32,000 nucleotides of DNA from an archaeon (lineage in GTDB: Archaea; Undinarchaeota; CAZHTU01; JBDRCC01). The DNA lies in NCBI GenBank assembly GCA_043822065.1, contig JBDRCC010000001.1:12215-44214 (forward strand), given 5' to 3'. The notes under the pieces were generated by a model. The model saw only the letters and a list, made by a program, of their open reading frames with translations, had not been told where the DNA came from and did not search any database. A program made the position numbers and the translations under genes. This document shows, piece by piece, positions 30,919 to 32,000 of the stretch. Numbering within the stretch: position 1 is the first letter of the stretch; the number at the start of each line of letters is the position of its first letter.

Positions 30919-31971
30919 ATGAGACACATAGTTAAGAAAAATATTAGCGGAAACGAGTATTATTATTTTCAACTCAAGCTAGCGTCGATAGACCCAAAAA
31001 AGGAGCCGTATCTGTACAGCAAGTACATTGGCGAGTATTTGCCGTCAGAGTCTGTTCTAAAAAACTTTTTAATGAAGCGGGCGGAAGATTTGGCGATAAT
31101 TACTGCGAGTAACCTTGGTAAGGGCATACGTACATATTTCAGAAATGGACCGGATATTAAAGAAGTAGAAAGGGATAGATGGTGGTTTTATTTTATTAAC
31201 AATTACGATCTTTTTGAGGATCAAAATTCTACGTATCAGTCATTATTTGCCATACTATTTACGCTCCATACAAATGTAATAGAGGGCTCCAAAATGAGAC
31301 AAGACGATATTATCGCCATGACTAGTGACTCCCGGAAGAAAGTAGTCACCTTCGAAGAGAAAGAGGTCACAAATACCCTGGATGCACTCAAGTTTTCAGT
31401 TTCTAATGAAATGAAGTGGAATGTATCTTCAATAAAAAAACTTCATAGTAAGATATTGCCGGATGACCCCTTGGCCGGAAAATTTAGGATACGGGAGGTG
31501 GAGGTTGGTGATGCGACGCGAACGCGACTGTACAATACCGTGGAACCGCAAAAAATTAGAAAAGAACTTAGAGAGTTACTTTACTGGTTCAACAGGGAAC
31601 ATAACAAGGTATATCCTCCTCAACTAGCTCTTGAATTCCATTGGAGATTTGAGAGAATCCACCCATTTCAAGATGGAAATGGGCGAGTAGGGAGATTACT
31701 GCTAAATAGAATACTAATTGAGCACCACTTCATGCCAGTGATTTTCTTTTCGGAAAACGTTAGACAGTATTACGATGCAATAGCGCAAGCTAGAAACGGT
31801 AATTCTAGCAAGTTAGCTACGTTTTTCCTTAGGCAAAATAAAAAAACAAAGGAAGCCATGGAGCGTTTTAAAAGGGAAGGTATTGTCTCAGGACGGCGCT
31901 CTAGGATAGGTAGATGGACGATTAAAAGAGGAAAAACACCGAAAGAGTACGACGTAGAGGCCGAGGAATAA
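30919..31971 (+). CDS. Fic-domain protein (AMPylase family) with an N-terminal auto-inhibitory motif
   Basis: Fic motif HPFQDGNGRVGR (residues 248-259, nt 31660-31695) and inhibitory-helix motif TNVIEG = (S/T)xxxE(G/N) at residues 118-123. The gene is visibly more AT-rich than its neighbours. Confidence 0.88.
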   Translation: MRHIVKKNISGNEYYYFQLKLASIDPKKEPYLYSKYIGEYLPSESVLKNFLMKRAEDLAIITASNLGKGIRTYFRNGPDIKEVERDRWWFYFINNYDLFEDQNSTYQSLFAILFTLHTNVIEGSKMRQDDIIAMTSDSRKKVVTFEEKEVTNTLDALKFSVSNEMKWNVSSIKKLHSKILPDDPLAGKFRIREVEVGDATRTRLYNTVEPQKIRKELRELLYWFNREHNKVYPPQLALEFHWRFERIHPFQDGNGRVGRLLLNRILIEHHFMPVIFFSENVRQYYDAIAQARNGNSSKLATFFLRQNKKTKEAMERFKREGIVSGRRSRIGRWTIKRGKTPKEYDVEAEE

Positions 31972-32000
31972 TCTAACTTTTTGACATAAAGTTTAATGTT

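Noticed and set aside
1-32000. CRISPR arrays, rRNA genes, transposases or integrases
   Set aside because: There are no regularly spaced repeats of 24-40 nt, no rRNA-like sequence, and no ORF with recombinase or transposase motifs anywhere in the window.

Overview
Archaeal chromosomal segment. Evidence for archaeal origin: a class-I CCA-adding enzyme, CarS and archaetidylserine lipid genes, an HMG-CoA synthase/thiolase/DUF35 operon, a bulge-helix-bulge tRNA intron, and TATA-like boxes about 25-30 nt upstream of many ATGs (mostly leaderless genes). I cannot place the lineage from sequence alone. I call 33 protein genes and 4 tRNAs: Pro-CGG, Arg-GCG, Arg-UCG and intron-containing Arg-UCU. Most genes are housekeeping: pyrG, glmS, the mevalonate pathway, polar-lipid head-group synthesis, argS, carbamate kinase plus ornithine carbamoyltransferase, cca and htpX. 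They are tightly packed, with many 1-4 nt start/stop overlaps. The most unusual signal is non-coding. Two different tRNA-Arg genes are each followed by a paralogous cassette of about 75-90 bp, bracketed by a 17-18 nt direct repeat of that tRNA's own 3' end. Only these two tRNAs encode CCA. A decayed version may sit behind tRNA-Pro, and a related sequence lies at the window start. Other notable items: a tRNA intron at non-canonical position 29/30 with a clean BHB motif; a HARP-like protein-only RNase P candidate abutting an Rnl3-type RNA ligase with adjacent stop codons; an in-frame 33-bp tandem repeat inside a lipid synthase gene; an AT-rich Fic (AMPylase) gene preceded by GTATAC-core palindromes; a lipoprotein serpin; and clustering of three tRNA-Arg genes with argS and arginine-catabolic genes. 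All functional calls rest on motif recognition by eye. No database search was run.
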